Shown here: positions 1 through 11,262 of the stretch, piece by piece
How the letters are laid out: every line of letters starts with the position of its first letter
Position numbering within the stretch: position 1 is the first letter of the stretch
Origin: Mustelus asterias
Lineage: Eukaryota
Reading direction: 5' to 3'
Length of the DNA: 64,000 bases
Assembly (NCBI RefSeq): GCF_964213995.1
Contig: NC_135804.1
Location: forward strand, 99,572,001-99,636,000
Made by a program: the position numbers and the translations under genes
The notes under the pieces: model-generated
Seen by the model: only the letters and a program-made list of their open reading frames with translations
What the model was told of the DNA's origin: nothing
The model's database searches: none

Positions 1-195
1 ACCACAGTGGGCTGTAGAGGCTGGGACATTAAGTATGTTCAAGGCTGATATAGACAGATTTTTAATGTCAGGGAATCAAGGATTATGGGGATAAGGCGGG
101 AAAATGGAGTTGATGATTATATCAGATCGGTTATGATCGTATTGACTAGCAGAGTGGACTCAATGGGTGAATGGCTTACTTTTGCTCATACATTA
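1..195 (+). mobile_element. CR1-type LINE 3' end, degraded
   Basis: Resembles the end of ORF2 plus 3'UTR of the other CR1 copies here (gattatggggataaggcgggaaaatggagttga...gatc...aatggcttact). Confidence 0.7.
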
Positions 196-322
196 AATGG
201 TCTGTTAGAGTTCCCCAAAACACTGAAGGAACAGTGATGTAATTTCAAGTTAAAATGATGTACTACTTGGAGGTTGTTATGTATTTATTCCTATTGGCTC
301 ATTTGAGCTCTGCTATATGTAC

Positions 323-1329
323 ATGATGTGGAGATGCTGGCGTTGGACTGGGGTGAACACAGTAAGAAGTCTCACAACACCAGGTTAAAGTTTATAGAGT
401 ACCCTTCGTCATCCAGTACTTCCCCGGAGCGGAGAAGCTACGGCATCTCCTCCAGAGCCTTCAACATGTCATTGATGAAGATGAACATCTCGCCAAGGTC
501 ATTCCCACACCCCCACTTCTTGCCTTCAAACAACCACGCAACCTCAAACAGACCATTGTCCACAGCAAACTACCCAGCCTTCAGGAGAACAGTGACCACG
601 ACACCACACAACCCTGCCACAGCAACCTCTGCAAGACGTGCCGGATCATCGATACGGATGCCATCATCTCACGTGAGAACATCATCTACCAGGTACACGG
701 TACCTACTCTTGCAACTCGGCCAACATTGTCTACCTGATACGCTGCAGGAAAGGATGTCCCGAGGCATGGTACATTGGGGAAACCATGCAGACGCTATGA
801 CAACGGATGAATGAACACCGCTCGACAATCACCAGGCAAGACTGTTCTCTTCCTGTGGGGGAGCACTTCAGCAGTCACGGGCATTCAGCCTTGGATCTTC
901 AGGTAAGCGTTCTCCAAGGCGGCCTTCACGACAGCGCAGAGTCGCTGAACAGAAACTGATAGCCAAGTTCCGCACACGCGAGGACGGCCTAAACCGGGAT
1001 GTTGGATTTATGTCACATTATCAGTAACCCCCACAGCTTTCCCCCTGGACTTGCAGAATCTCACTAGCTGTTCTGTCTGGAGACAATACACATCTCTTTG
1101 ACCTGTGTTTGATGCTCCCTCTACCCACATTGTCTGTACCTTTAAGACCTGGCTGGCTGTAGGGATTCGCATTCTAATTAGTATTCTGTAACTTGATTTC
1201 TGTGTCTGTGCACTGTTTGAGAGCACATTTCCACTCCATCTGATGAAGGAGCAGTGCTCCGAAAGCTTATGGTATTTGCTACCAAATAAACCTGTTGGAC
1301 TTTAACCTGGTGTTGTGAGACTTCTTACT
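323..1329 (+). mobile_element. Penelope-like element, 5'-truncated (GIY-YIG endonuclease end plus 3' terminus), with a short inverted terminal copy at 323-390
   Basis: Encodes CNSANIVYLIRCRKGCPEAWYIGET (GIY-YIG-type); highly similar to 50650-51687. Segment 361-390 is the reverse complement of 1300-1329. Confidence 0.88.
1236..1272 (+). ncRNA. Minimal type I hammerhead ribozyme motif in PLE terminus
   Basis: CCAT-CTGATGA-A-GGAGC agt GCTCC-GAAA-GC-TT-ATGG: conserved core, 5-bp stem II, CCAT/ATGG stem I, palindromic AAGCTT at stem III. Confidence 0.8.
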
Positions 1330-1920
1330 ATATTAATGTACATACCTGAAATGATGTAATAGACCTCATGCAGGAAACAGAAAGAGAAGCAGCAGCCATG
1401 GAAGAGGTCTCACACTATTAATGAAGTTTCATTCATTTTAACCAAAGTCTGTCCAGCGTATCAAATCAACAATACACAACAAAAACTGGCGATGAGGACC
1501 ACAGACATGCACTTGCTAGCCACCTGGAAAAGTTGGAACGCAAAGAAAACTTTTACACGTCCTATGGACACTAACGGGCTAGGTGGACATGAGTAAATGA
1601 CACAAGAGCTAGCTGTAATAAATAAGAGGTTGAAGCTCAATCAGGTACCTTGTGTGTAAGAAAATCGAAGTAACTGCTGGGAACACGGTTGCGAAGTGTG
1701 CATACGGAAACCTGCTCAAGTGAAAAAAATGGTGGGAGGTCTCTGCAACATGGAGCCTTTTGATGAAAATGTGGAGTAATGGAGTTCTTAAACTGAGCAT
1801 TTTGACTATTTCATGCAGGAAACAAAATAGCTGAAGATATTATGGTGCCCACTTTCCTGAGTGTGATGGGGGAGGAAAATCCTTTCACTTCCTTCATAGT
1901 CTAGTGTAACCTGACAAACC

Positions 1921-2206
1921 CAACACTCTCTCAACAATTCTCTCTTCCACCTTCTTCCGTCGGGGAAAAAGATACAGAAGTCTGTGGTCACGTACCAACC
2001 GACTCAAGAACAGCTTCTTCCCTGCTGCTGTCAGACATTTGAATGGACCTACCTTGCATTAAGTTGATCTTTCTCGATGCTTTAGCTATGACTGTAACAC
2101 TACATTCTGCACCCTCTCGTTTCCTTCTCTATGAACGGTACGTTTTGTCTGTAACAATACTTTTCACTGTATGTTAATACATGTGACAATAATAAAGCAA
2201 ATCAAA
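1921..2206 (+). mobile_element. Rex1/Babar-type LINE 3' fragment
   Basis: LPSG...YRSLWSRTNRLKNSFFPAAVR-like end and AATAAA/(AAATC)n tail; homologous to 47796-48404 and 63631-64000. Confidence 0.7.
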
Positions 2207-2311
2207 TAAAACATACAAACAAATTGTGGACATTCTGCAAGCACATTTTTCACCGTAACCCCTGGTGATTGCAGAGTACCTTTGATTCCATAAAATAAAC
2301 TAAGATGAGAG

Positions 2312-2645
2312 AGAATCATAGAATCCTACAGTGCAGAAAGAGGCCATTCAGCCCATCGAGTCTGCACCAACCACAATCCCACCCAGGCCCTATCCCCATA
2401 TCCCTACATATTTACCCACTAACCCCTCTAACCTATACATCCCGGGACACTAAGGGGCAATTTAGAATGGCCAATCAACCTAACCTGCACAAGTTTGGAC
2501 TGTGGGAGGAAACCGGAGCACCCGGAGAAAACCCACGCCGACACAGGGAGAATGTGCAAACTCCACAGACAGTGACCCGAGCCGGGATTCAAATCCAGGT
2601 CCCTGGAGCTGTGAAGCAGCAGTGCTAACCACCGTGCTACCGTGC
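2312..2645 (-). mobile_element. tRNA-derived V-SINE (HE1-like)
   Basis: Minus strand shows tRNA-like head (gcacggtagcacggtggttagcactgctgcttcacagc), V-core (gtgtggagtttgcacattctcc...ggtgctccggtttcctcccacagtcc) and a CR1-type (GATTCTAT)n tail. Confidence 0.85.
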
Positions 2646-3329
2646 AAGTCAATCGCACAATTGGTAGCAATGCTTAAAATACTTGCAGAACATTGAGTTG
2701 AGATGTGCTGAATGACACTATTCAGACAGATTCGTTTTCATAGTGAAGCAACATAAAAACATGTGTTAACTGAGAGAAATTTTACTCTGCAGATGCCATT
2801 GAAATCACGGTTTCTATGGAACTGACTGCAAAGGAAGCCCAACAATTGAGTTTGTGTACTCAAAAGTACAAAATGTTCGCTGAATCAACACCCAAAGCCA
2901 TTGAGACTCATGCATGTTACTGGTGTGCAAAACCGGGGCACTCTGCTGCTGAATGCTGATGTAAAGACAGGCAATGTCAAAGCTGTGAAAAAAAAGGACA
3001 CAGAGCATGCCTGCAGGAAGAAAAAGCAAGCTATAAATAAAAATAAGCAGCAAGAACAAACAAGACAGCATTTAAACAAAATAAAATAGAGGAATGTCCA
3101 TGCTGTACACAGGGGTTGAAAAGAGTGAAAACATTCACAGTCAGAGGAGGAATTATCGCTAAATGTGCTAGCCATTGCTGGTACTAAACACATACTGGGT
3201 CACTCCACTGCTGGATGGACAGCCAGTAAGGATGGAGGTTGGCACTGGCAGAGTCTCACTGCTGTCAGAGACTATCAACCATGGTAGGGGGGGAGGCAAG
3301 ACAAAACAGTGTGTTCCACCAAGGATTTT

Positions 3330-3493
3330 GTAAGGCAAGAATGGATACATTTTTGAACAGTAAAGGAATTAAGGATTATGGTGAGCAGGCGGGTAAGTGG
3401 AGCTCAGTCCACGAAAAGATCAGCCATGATCTTATTGAATGGCGGAGCAGGCGCGAGGGGCCAGATGGCCTACTCCTGCTACTAATTCTTATG
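3330..3493 (+). mobile_element. CR1 3' end fragment
   Basis: Very similar to 24832-24995. Confidence 0.85.
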
Positions 3494-4632
3494 CAAGGAC
3501 AAAAAGTTTTGGCTCTGAACTATTTGGAACTAATAGGTTCCTGCTACAGTGCTTGCACAGACCTGTCTCTTATACTGTTGAGACCAGGGATGACATTTTC
3601 TGGAGAGATATGCAGATTAGTTATTGGCTGGAAGGACAGATCTGCCAAATCTGGAGCCTGATGAAAATTCAGGATCAGACTTACTAAGTCCTGACTTGAA
3701 CCTTACGACAACCCCTGCACTACCAGACACTGTTGAGAAAAGCAACATCTCACCTTCTGCTCCAGTGCAGAGATAACCTCTAGTTCCTACCTCAATGCTG
3801 GTTAAATCAACCTTGGATGACATCAATGCAAAAATGAAGACGCCAGGGTTTCCCATCAGTGTGAAGAAGATGCCAGAGGTCTGTCGTCAACTGTTCTGAG
3901 AGTGATGACCTCCAGACTGCTTGACTTATTAGAAGTGACTGTCTTGTTGATTATTGTTCATATTGAACTTGTTTTGAACTTCTTTGGGGATGTTCAATTT
4001 ATGGAATGAGGAAATGTATTTGTATTTATCCCCAAAGGCTCACTGAAGCTATGCTTTATTAATGAATGCACCGGAAATGATGTAACAGACCTAGTGTGGG
4101 AAGCAGGAAGAGAAGTAGCATGGAAGAGATCACACACCATTAATAAAGCTCTATTCATTTTAAGAAAAGTCTATCACACGTATCACATCTTCACTACACA
4201 ACACAGGAGAACTGGCAGGTAGTAGTTTTCCCATGCATCTGCTGCCCTGTTCTTCTAGTAGAAGTTGCAAGTTTGAGATGTGCTATCGAAGGAGCCTTGG
4301 TGAATTACTATAGTGCATCGTGTAGATGGTATACAAAGTTTCCTCCATGTGCCAGTGGTGGAAGAAATGAGTATTTAAGGTGGCAGATTCACACGGGCTG
4401 CAGTACCTTGGAAAATGTTGATTTTTTTTTTGCATTGTTGGAGCTGCACTTATCCAGATATGTGGAGGATATTCCATCATACATCTGACTTGTGCTTTGT
4501 AGATGGTGGACATGCTTTGGGGAGCCATGAAATAAATCATACACAGAATTTCCACCCTTTAACCTACTCTTGTAGCCATGTATTTATATGGCTAGTCCAG
4601 TTGGGCTTCTATGGTGAGAGAAGTAGATTTAT

Positions 4633-4761
4633 TGGCCGGAATTGTACCGGCACACCTGCCCCGATTCTGGGGGCGGGCGAGGCTCGGAGAACAGCGTTCT
4701 CCATTGGCCTGGGGTGGGATCATACAAACCTGGGGCAGACATGCCGGTAAAATTCTGCCCA
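4633..4761. mobile_element. Short (~130 bp) GC-rich MITE-like repeat; related copies near 10258-10381, 11890-12016, 27415-27590 and 49885-50005
   Basis: Imperfect terminal inverted repeats (ggccggaattgtaccgg...ccggtaaaattctgccc) and a shared internal motif across copies. Confidence 0.55.
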
Positions 4762-5799
4762 ATGTATCAGACCTGTGAGCTATCATCAGAGCTGGAAAAA
4801 GCAAGTGGTGGAGGGTGGAGGACAGGAGAGATTAAATGACAAAAGGGTTAATGGTGCAAGGCCTTCCAAGGGAGTGGCAATGGGCCATGTAAAGAAACAA
4901 AAGATCAGTGTAGAGGGGTTGTGGATGGCGGAGTTTTGAATAGCTGCTGTCCAAAAGCAAAGGAAAAACAGAGTGCAAAGAAAAACCCAGCAAAATGAAG
5001 GGAATCAATTTGCCGAGGGAGTTCACATTCTTATATTTCTGAATTCAGTATCAAGTCCAAAAGGTTGTAAAGTGTCCATTTGAAAGATGTGAAGCTGTTC
5101 CTCGAGCTGGTGTTGAGCTTCAATCAAAAACTTCAGGAGGCTGAGGTCAGAAAGATCAGCAGTGTAGGAGCAAGGTGCAAGTTAAATATAACCCAGAGTT
5201 TCCATTTAAAGACTGAAAGGAGTTGTTCTGCAAAACAATTAACCAGTCAGCATCTGTAGCTGAGATCACATCATGAATAGTAAATGCGGTAACCTAAATT
5301 GAAGAAAGTACAAGTAAATTGCTGTTTCACCAGGAATGAGTATTTAGGGACTTAGATAATGAGAATGAGGAGGTCAAGGGGCAGCTATTGCAAGTCCTGC
5401 GCTGGTATGGAAAGGTGCTATGAGATGGGAAGAGAAGGAGGTGTTGGGCATGATTGATGAGTAGACCAGGGTATCACAGGGGCAACTATCTCTTCAGAAT
5501 GTTAAACAAGAAGGAGAGAGGAAGAGGTGTTTGTTCTGACAAAACACTGGGGGTAATGGAGGATAATCTTGAATATGCATGTTGGTGGGCTAGAAGGTGA
5601 GTAAAAATGAAACCTATCATGATTCTGGGAGGGAAGAGGTGAGGGCAGAAGTGTTGGAAGTAGGATGACCATGGTGGGAACTATTGGTTGAGAAAAAAGA
5701 CATGGAAGTACTAATATGGAAGATAGAACATAGAACAGTACAGCACAGAACAGGCCCTTCGGCCCACGATGTTGTGCCGAGCTTTATCTGAAACCAAGA

Positions 5800-8702
5800 T
5801 CAAGCTATCCCACTCCCTATCATCCTGGTGTGCTCCATGTGCCTATCCAATAACCGCTTAAATGTTTCTAAAGTGTCTGACTCCACTATCACTGCAGGCA
5901 GTCCATTCCACACCCCAACCACTCTCTGCGTAAAGAACCTACCTCTGATATCCGTCCTGTATCTCCCACCACGAACCCTATAGTTATGCCCCCTTGTAAT
6001 AGCTCCATCCACCCGAGGAAATAGTCTTTGAACGTTCACTCTATCTATCCCCTTCATCATTTTATACACCTCTATTAAGTCTCCCCTCAGCCTCCTCCGC
6101 TCCAGAGAGAACAGCCCTAGCTCCCTCAACCTTTCCTCATATGACCTACCCTCCAAACCAGGCAGCATCCTGGTAAATCTCCTCTGCACTCCTTCCAGCG
6201 CTTCCACATCCTTCCTATAGTGAGGTGACCAGAACTGCACACAATATTCCAAATGTGGTCTCACCAAGGTCCTGTACAGTTGCAGCATAACCCCACGGCT
6301 CTTAAACTCCAACCCCCTGTTAATAAAAGCTAACACACTATAGGCCTTCTTCACAGCTCTATCCACTTGACTGGCAACCTTTAGAGATCTGTGGATGTGG
6401 ACCCCAAGATCTCTCTGTTCCTCCACAGTCTTCAGAACCCTACCTTTGACCCTGTAATCCACATTTAAATTTGTCCTACCAAAATGAATCACCTCACATT
6501 TATCAGGGTTAAACTCCATTTGCCATTTTTCAGCCCAGCTTTGCATCCTGTCTATGTCTCTTTGCAGCCTACAACAGCCCTCCACCTCATCCACTACTCC
6601 ACCAATCTTGGTGTCATCAGCAAATTTACTGATCCACCCTTCAGCCCCCTCCTCTAAGTCATTAATAAAAATCACAAAGAGCAGAGGACCAAGCACCGAT
6701 CCCTGCGGCACACCGCTAGCAACCTGCCTCCAATCCGAAAATTTTCCATCGACCACCACCCTCTGTCTTCGGTCAGACAGCCAGTTACCTATCCAATCGG
6801 CCAACTTTCCCTCTATCCCACACCTCCTCACTTTCATCATAAGCCGACCATGGGGGACCTTATCAAAGGCCTTACTAAAATCCATGTATATGACATCAAC
6901 TGCCCTACCTTCATCAACACACTTAGTTACCTCCTCAAAAAATTCTATCAAATTTGTGAGGCACGACTTGCCCTTCACGAATCCGTGCTGACTATCTCGG
7001 ATTAATCCGCATCTTTCTAAATGGTCGTAAATCCCATCCCTAAGGACCCTTTCCATCAATTTACCAACCACCGAAGTAAGACTAACCGGTCTATAATTAC
7101 CAGGGTCATTTCTATTCCCTTTCTTAAACAGAGGAACAACATTCGCCATTCTCCAGTCCTCTGGCACCATCCCCGTGGACAGCGAGGACCCAAAGATCAA
7201 CGCCAAAGGCTCTGCAATCTCATCCCTTGCCTCCCAAAGAATCCTAGGATACATTTCATCAGGCCCAGGGGACTTATCGACCTTCAGTTTATTCAAAACT
7301 GCCAAGACATCCTCCCTCCGAACATCTATTTCCTCCAGCCTATTAGCCTGTAACACCTTCTCTTCCTCAAAAACATGGCCCCTCTCCTTGGTGAACACTG
7401 AAGAAAAGTATTCATTCATCACCTCGCCTATCTCTACTGACTCCATACACAAGTTCCCACTACTGTCCTTGACCGGCCCTAACCTCACCCTGGTCATTCT
7501 TTTATTCCTCACATAAGAGTAAAAAGCCTTGGGGTTTTCCTTGATCCGACCCGCCAAGGACTTCTCATGTCCCCTCCTAGCTCTCCTAAGCCCCTTTTTC
7601 AGCTCATTCCTTGCTAACTTGTAACCCTCAATCAAGCCATCTGAACCTTGTTTCCTCATCCCTACATAAGCTTCCCTCTTCCTTTTCACAAGACATTCCA
7701 CCTCTTTTGTGAACCATGGTTCCCTCACTCGGCCATTTCCTCCCTGCCTGACAGGAACATACCTATCAAGGACATCCAGTATTTGTTCCTTGAAAAAATT
7801 CCACTTTTCATTAGTTCCTTTCTCTGACAGTTTCTGTTCCCAACTTATGCCCCCTAATTCTTGCCTAATCGCATCATAATTACCCCTCCCCCAATTGTAA
7901 ACCTTGCCCTGCCGTACGGCCCTATCCCTCTCCATTGCAATAACAAAAGACACCGAATTGTGGTCACTATCTCCAAATTGCTCTCCCACAACCAAATCTA
8001 ACACTTGGCCCGGTTCATTTCCCAGTACCAAATCCAATGTGGCCTCACCTCTAGTCGGCCCATCCACATATTGTGTCAGGAAACCCTCCCGCACACACTG
8101 CACAAAAACTGCCCCATCCAAACTATTTGACCTACAAAGGTTCCAATCAATATTTGGAAAGTTAAAGTCCCCCATGACAACTACCCTGTGACCCCACACA
8201 TATCCATAATCTGCTTAGCAATTTCTTCCTCCACATCTCTATTACTATTTGGGGGCCTATAGTAAACTCCTAGCAACGTAACCGCTCCTTTCCTATTTCT
8301 AACTTCAGCCCATATTACCTCAGTGTGCAGATCCCCCACGAAGTGCCTTTCCGCAGCCGTTAAACTATCCTTGATTAACAATGCCACTCCTCCACCTCTT
8401 TTACCAGCTTCCCTACACTTAGTGAAACATCTATACCCCGGAACGTCCAACAACCATTCCTGTCCTTGTTCTACCCACGTCTCCGTAATGGCCACAACAT
8501 CGTAGTCCCAAGTACCAATCCACGCCCCAAGTTCATCTACCTTGTTCCGGATGCTCCTTGCATTGAAGTAGACACACTTCAACCCACCTTCCTGTCTACC
8601 AGTACCCACCCTTGACCCTGATACCTTCCCCAATACCTCACCACCCTCACTGACTTCTGGACTACAACTCCCTTTCCCACTCCCCTGACAAATTAGTTTA
8701 AA
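5800..8702 (-). pseudogene. CR1 ORF2 (APE endonuclease + reverse transcriptase), one frameshift at 8192-8195
   Basis: YFNARSI, VAITETW, GGGVAL, GVYYRPP (8181-8813 frame); MGDFN, SDHN, KSPGPD, NYRPVSLTS, QHGF, DFSKAFD, GVPQGSVLGP, FADD (5800-8199 frame). Confidence 0.92.
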
Positions 8703-9619
8703 CCCCCCTGAAGAGCCGTAACAAATTTCCCTCCAAGGATATTGGTGCCCCTCTGGTTCAGGTGCACCCCATCCTGTTTGTACAGGTCCCACCTTCCCCA
8801 GAACGTGTTCCAATTATCCACGTATCTGAAACCCTCCCTCCTACACCATCCCTGCAACCACATATTTAACTGCACTCTCTCCCTGTTCCTCAACTCGCTA
8901 TCACGTGGTACCGGCAACGTACCAGAGATGACCACATGTTTTGTCTTGGCTCTCAGCTTCCAGCCCAGCTCCAGAAATTCCTGCTTTAAATCCCCGTCCC
9001 TTCTCTTACCTATGTCATTGGTACCAATGTGCACCACGACTTGTGACTGTTTCCCCTCCCCCTTCAGAATCTGGAAAACACGGTCTGAGACATCACGGAC
9101 CTTGGCATCCGGTAGGCAACATACCATCCGTGAGTCTCTTTTGCTGCCACAGAACCTCCTATCTATCCCTCTAACTAACGAGTCCCCAATAACTATCGCC
9201 CTCCCGCTCTCCCCCTTTCCCTCCCGAGCCACAGAGACGGACACAGTGCTGGAGATCCTCTCACTGCGGCTCCCCACTGGTATGTCATCCCCCTCAACCG
9301 TACCCAAAGCGGAATACTTGTTGCTAAGGGGAACGACCACCGGGGATCCCTGCACGGACTGCTTCCTCCCAGCCCCTCTCACCGTCACCCATCTGTTTTC
9401 AATCCTCGGAGTAACTGTATTCCTAAAGCTTGTGTCTATGGCCATCTCTGCGTCCCTGATGATCCTAAGTTCATCCAACTCCAGCTCCAGTTCCCTAACA
9501 CGGTTTTGGAGGAGCTGCAGATGGGTGCACTTCCCACAGGTGTAATCAGTAGGGACACTGTCGTCGTCCCTCACCTCAAACATAGTGCAAGAGGAACATT
9601 GCACTGCCTGCACACCCAT
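8693..9619 (-). CDS. CR1 ORF1p (N-terminal zinc finger, coiled coil, SGNH/GDSL-type esterase)
   Basis: CSSC..CGKC, RVRELELELDEL heptads, IVIGDSLVRG, VVVHIGTND, DGVHL. Confidence 0.93.
   Translation of the reverse strand: MGVQAVQCSSCTMFEVRDDDSVPTDYTCGKCTHLQLLQNRVRELELELDELRIIRDAEMAIDTSFRNTVTPRIENRWVTVRGAGRKQSVQGSPVVVPLSNKYSALGTVEGDDIPVGSRSERISSTVSVSVAREGKGESGRAIVIGDSLVRGIDRRFCGSKRDSRMVCCLPDAKVRDVSDRVFQILKGEGKQSQVVVHIGTNDIGKRRDGDLKQEFLELGWKLRAKTKHVVISGTLPVPRDSELRNRERVQLNMWLQGWCRREGFRYVDNWNTFWGRWDLYKQDGVHLNQRGTNILGGKFVTALQGGLN
8696..8702 (-). promoter_or_regulatory. Candidate -1 ribosomal frameshift slippery heptamer U_UUA_AAC
   Basis: ORF1 ends GGG GGT TTA AAC TAA; the -1 frame TTT AAA CTA ATT TGT CAG is the ORF2 frame. 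Confidence 0.6.
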
Positions 9620-10689
9620 CCCCTTGAGATACCTTGCCAGTACCAGGTAGAAAGTGCAAAAATGAATTCAACTCACCCCTGCTCGCCCTTTCAGCCTAAG
9701 CCCTGTGAGCCAAAGTCTTATAGCTCACACTCTGCTTCCCACACACTCCACTGCCCGCTCCCGACGCTGCCCGCTGTATACTGCAGCCTACCTTTTATAC
9801 TTCACGCGCTTAAAAAACCCTTCCCAGACTCCTTTGCTGCCCACTTCTAGCTTTCACTTTAAACTTGAAAAACTGCTGTTAAAGTAAAGGCCAAAAAAAT
9901 ACACACACTAGCTGACTAATTAAATAAATAAACAATTCAATTAATCCAATTAATCTCTTACCAGCACTGCTGCTTTCAAACACCCCTCTCAGCTTGCTCC
10001 AGTGGATCAATGATGTCACCAGAATGGATGTGACAGATGGAGAAACTGGGAGAATGGAATAGAGTTCTTATAGGAAGTAGGGTGTGCAGAAATGTAGTCA
10101 AAGTATCTGTTTAAGTCACTTGGTTTATAGTAAACAGTGGCTGATGGCCTTTCTCCAGAAATGTAGACAGAGAAGTCAAGAGTTAACAAGGGGGGCAAAA
10201 AAAGAGTTGAGATGGAAATACATCGGTTTATTCAGGCTGGAACAGGCTGAAACAATGGAGAATTTTTCCCTCCTGCCCGCCACGGGAATCGGAGCAGGTG
10301 AGAGCCAGACTATGGAAAGGTCCATTGACCTCAGGTGGGATTTTCCGGTTTCAGGGCGAGCGCGGCCGGAAAATCCTGCCCAATGGGTCTACCAGAGCAG
10401 TCCTGTTTGTGGACCTTGGAAAGGAGGGTCAAATGGACTTTTTGGGGTTGTAGTATTCTAAGATTGGAGGCTATGAAGGGAAAATCTCCAGAGGAGATGA
10501 CATCAGTCACAGTGCTGGCAACAGTGGTAATGAGGTAGGATGTGCGGAAGTCGGTGGTAGACTTACCATTTTGTTCGGTAGAGGTCAGTATGACAGACAA
10601 CACCATGCTTATCAGCAGGAAGAGTCCATAGCAAGCCATCATAGTATCGGTTTCCTAAAACATCACTTCCTCACATACCCAAACCAGTC

Positions 10690-11262
10690 TGTAAGAATAG
10701 CAGAAAAGTAAAGACAGCTAATGCTGCACCAGAAGCAGAGAAAATGCTAACCCTATTGTTCCCCACAAAGAATGTGGGTGGGAGCTCATGCTCAGATTGA
10801 AGAGTCCAAGTTCATGAAGATTTATAGAAGGCTAGAAGATTCACATAACTTGGGCCAATGAGAAGGAATTTCCAGAAAGAATCTAACCCTCATAATGGAA
10901 GTCACTCCTGGCATTAGAAGTTACCCATTTGGGAAAGGATAAAAGAAGCAGGCTATCAGGAATAGAGAACAGTTTTTGAACTGGTTCCTGGTGAATGAAG
11001 TGAACAAAGATAATTAAAGGAACAGTGTAAAGCACAAGCGTGGTGAGAGATATTGGTTGCTTTAAACATTAAATGGTGGAGCTTTTCTTTAATGTAAAAT
11101 TTAAGTTGCCTACAAAAGTAGTTTTTAATCAATTCTGCTTTTAGCTTGTTTGTTAGAATAAAAGTCTCATAACTTGAAATCCTGTCATGTGATTCTTTCA
11201 GTTGGCCACTGGGAATTTAAATTTATTTTCAAAAGTTAACAGTCTTTACGGGATTTGTAACA
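10690..11262 (+). mobile_element. Possible solo LTR
   Basis: TGTAAG...GTAACA termini and AATAAA near 11157; no clean target-site duplication (TSD). Confidence 0.35.

Larger units (their letters stand above)
275..4203 (+). mobile_element. Decayed, internally deleted Gypsy/Ty3 LTR retrotransposon hosting four nested insertions
   Basis: Diverged direct repeats 275-1481 (split by a PLE) and 4015-4203, both TGT...ACA. PBS-like TGGCGATGAGG at 1487-1497 and a purine run before 4015. Gag remnants (VPTFLSVMG, KTYKQIVDILQAHFSP, SIAQLVAMLKILAEH), protease-like YWVTPLLDGQPVRMEVGTG near 3195-3250, integrase C-terminal-like PVSYTVETRDDIFWR near 3560-3610. Confidence 0.7.
5723..10012 (-). mobile_element. 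Full-length, young CR1 LINE
   Basis: 5'UTR, intact ORF1, APE-RT ORF2 with one 1-bp frameshift, and 3' (GTTCTAT)2 tail. The 5' boundary is approximate. Confidence 0.93.
4790..10640 (-). mobile_element. Old degraded Penelope-like element, split by the full-length CR1
   Basis: RT C-terminal remnant LDFSVYISGERPSATVYYKPSDLNRYFDYISAHP..NSIPFSQF (10016-10198); GIY-YIG-flank remnant VKQQFTCTFFNL near 5290-5330. Confidence 0.65.

Noticed and set aside
6554-9545. Long plus-strand ORFs opposite the CR1 (e.g. 8742-9545, 6554-6991)
   Set aside because: Antisense shadows of the LINE coding frames with no independent motifs.
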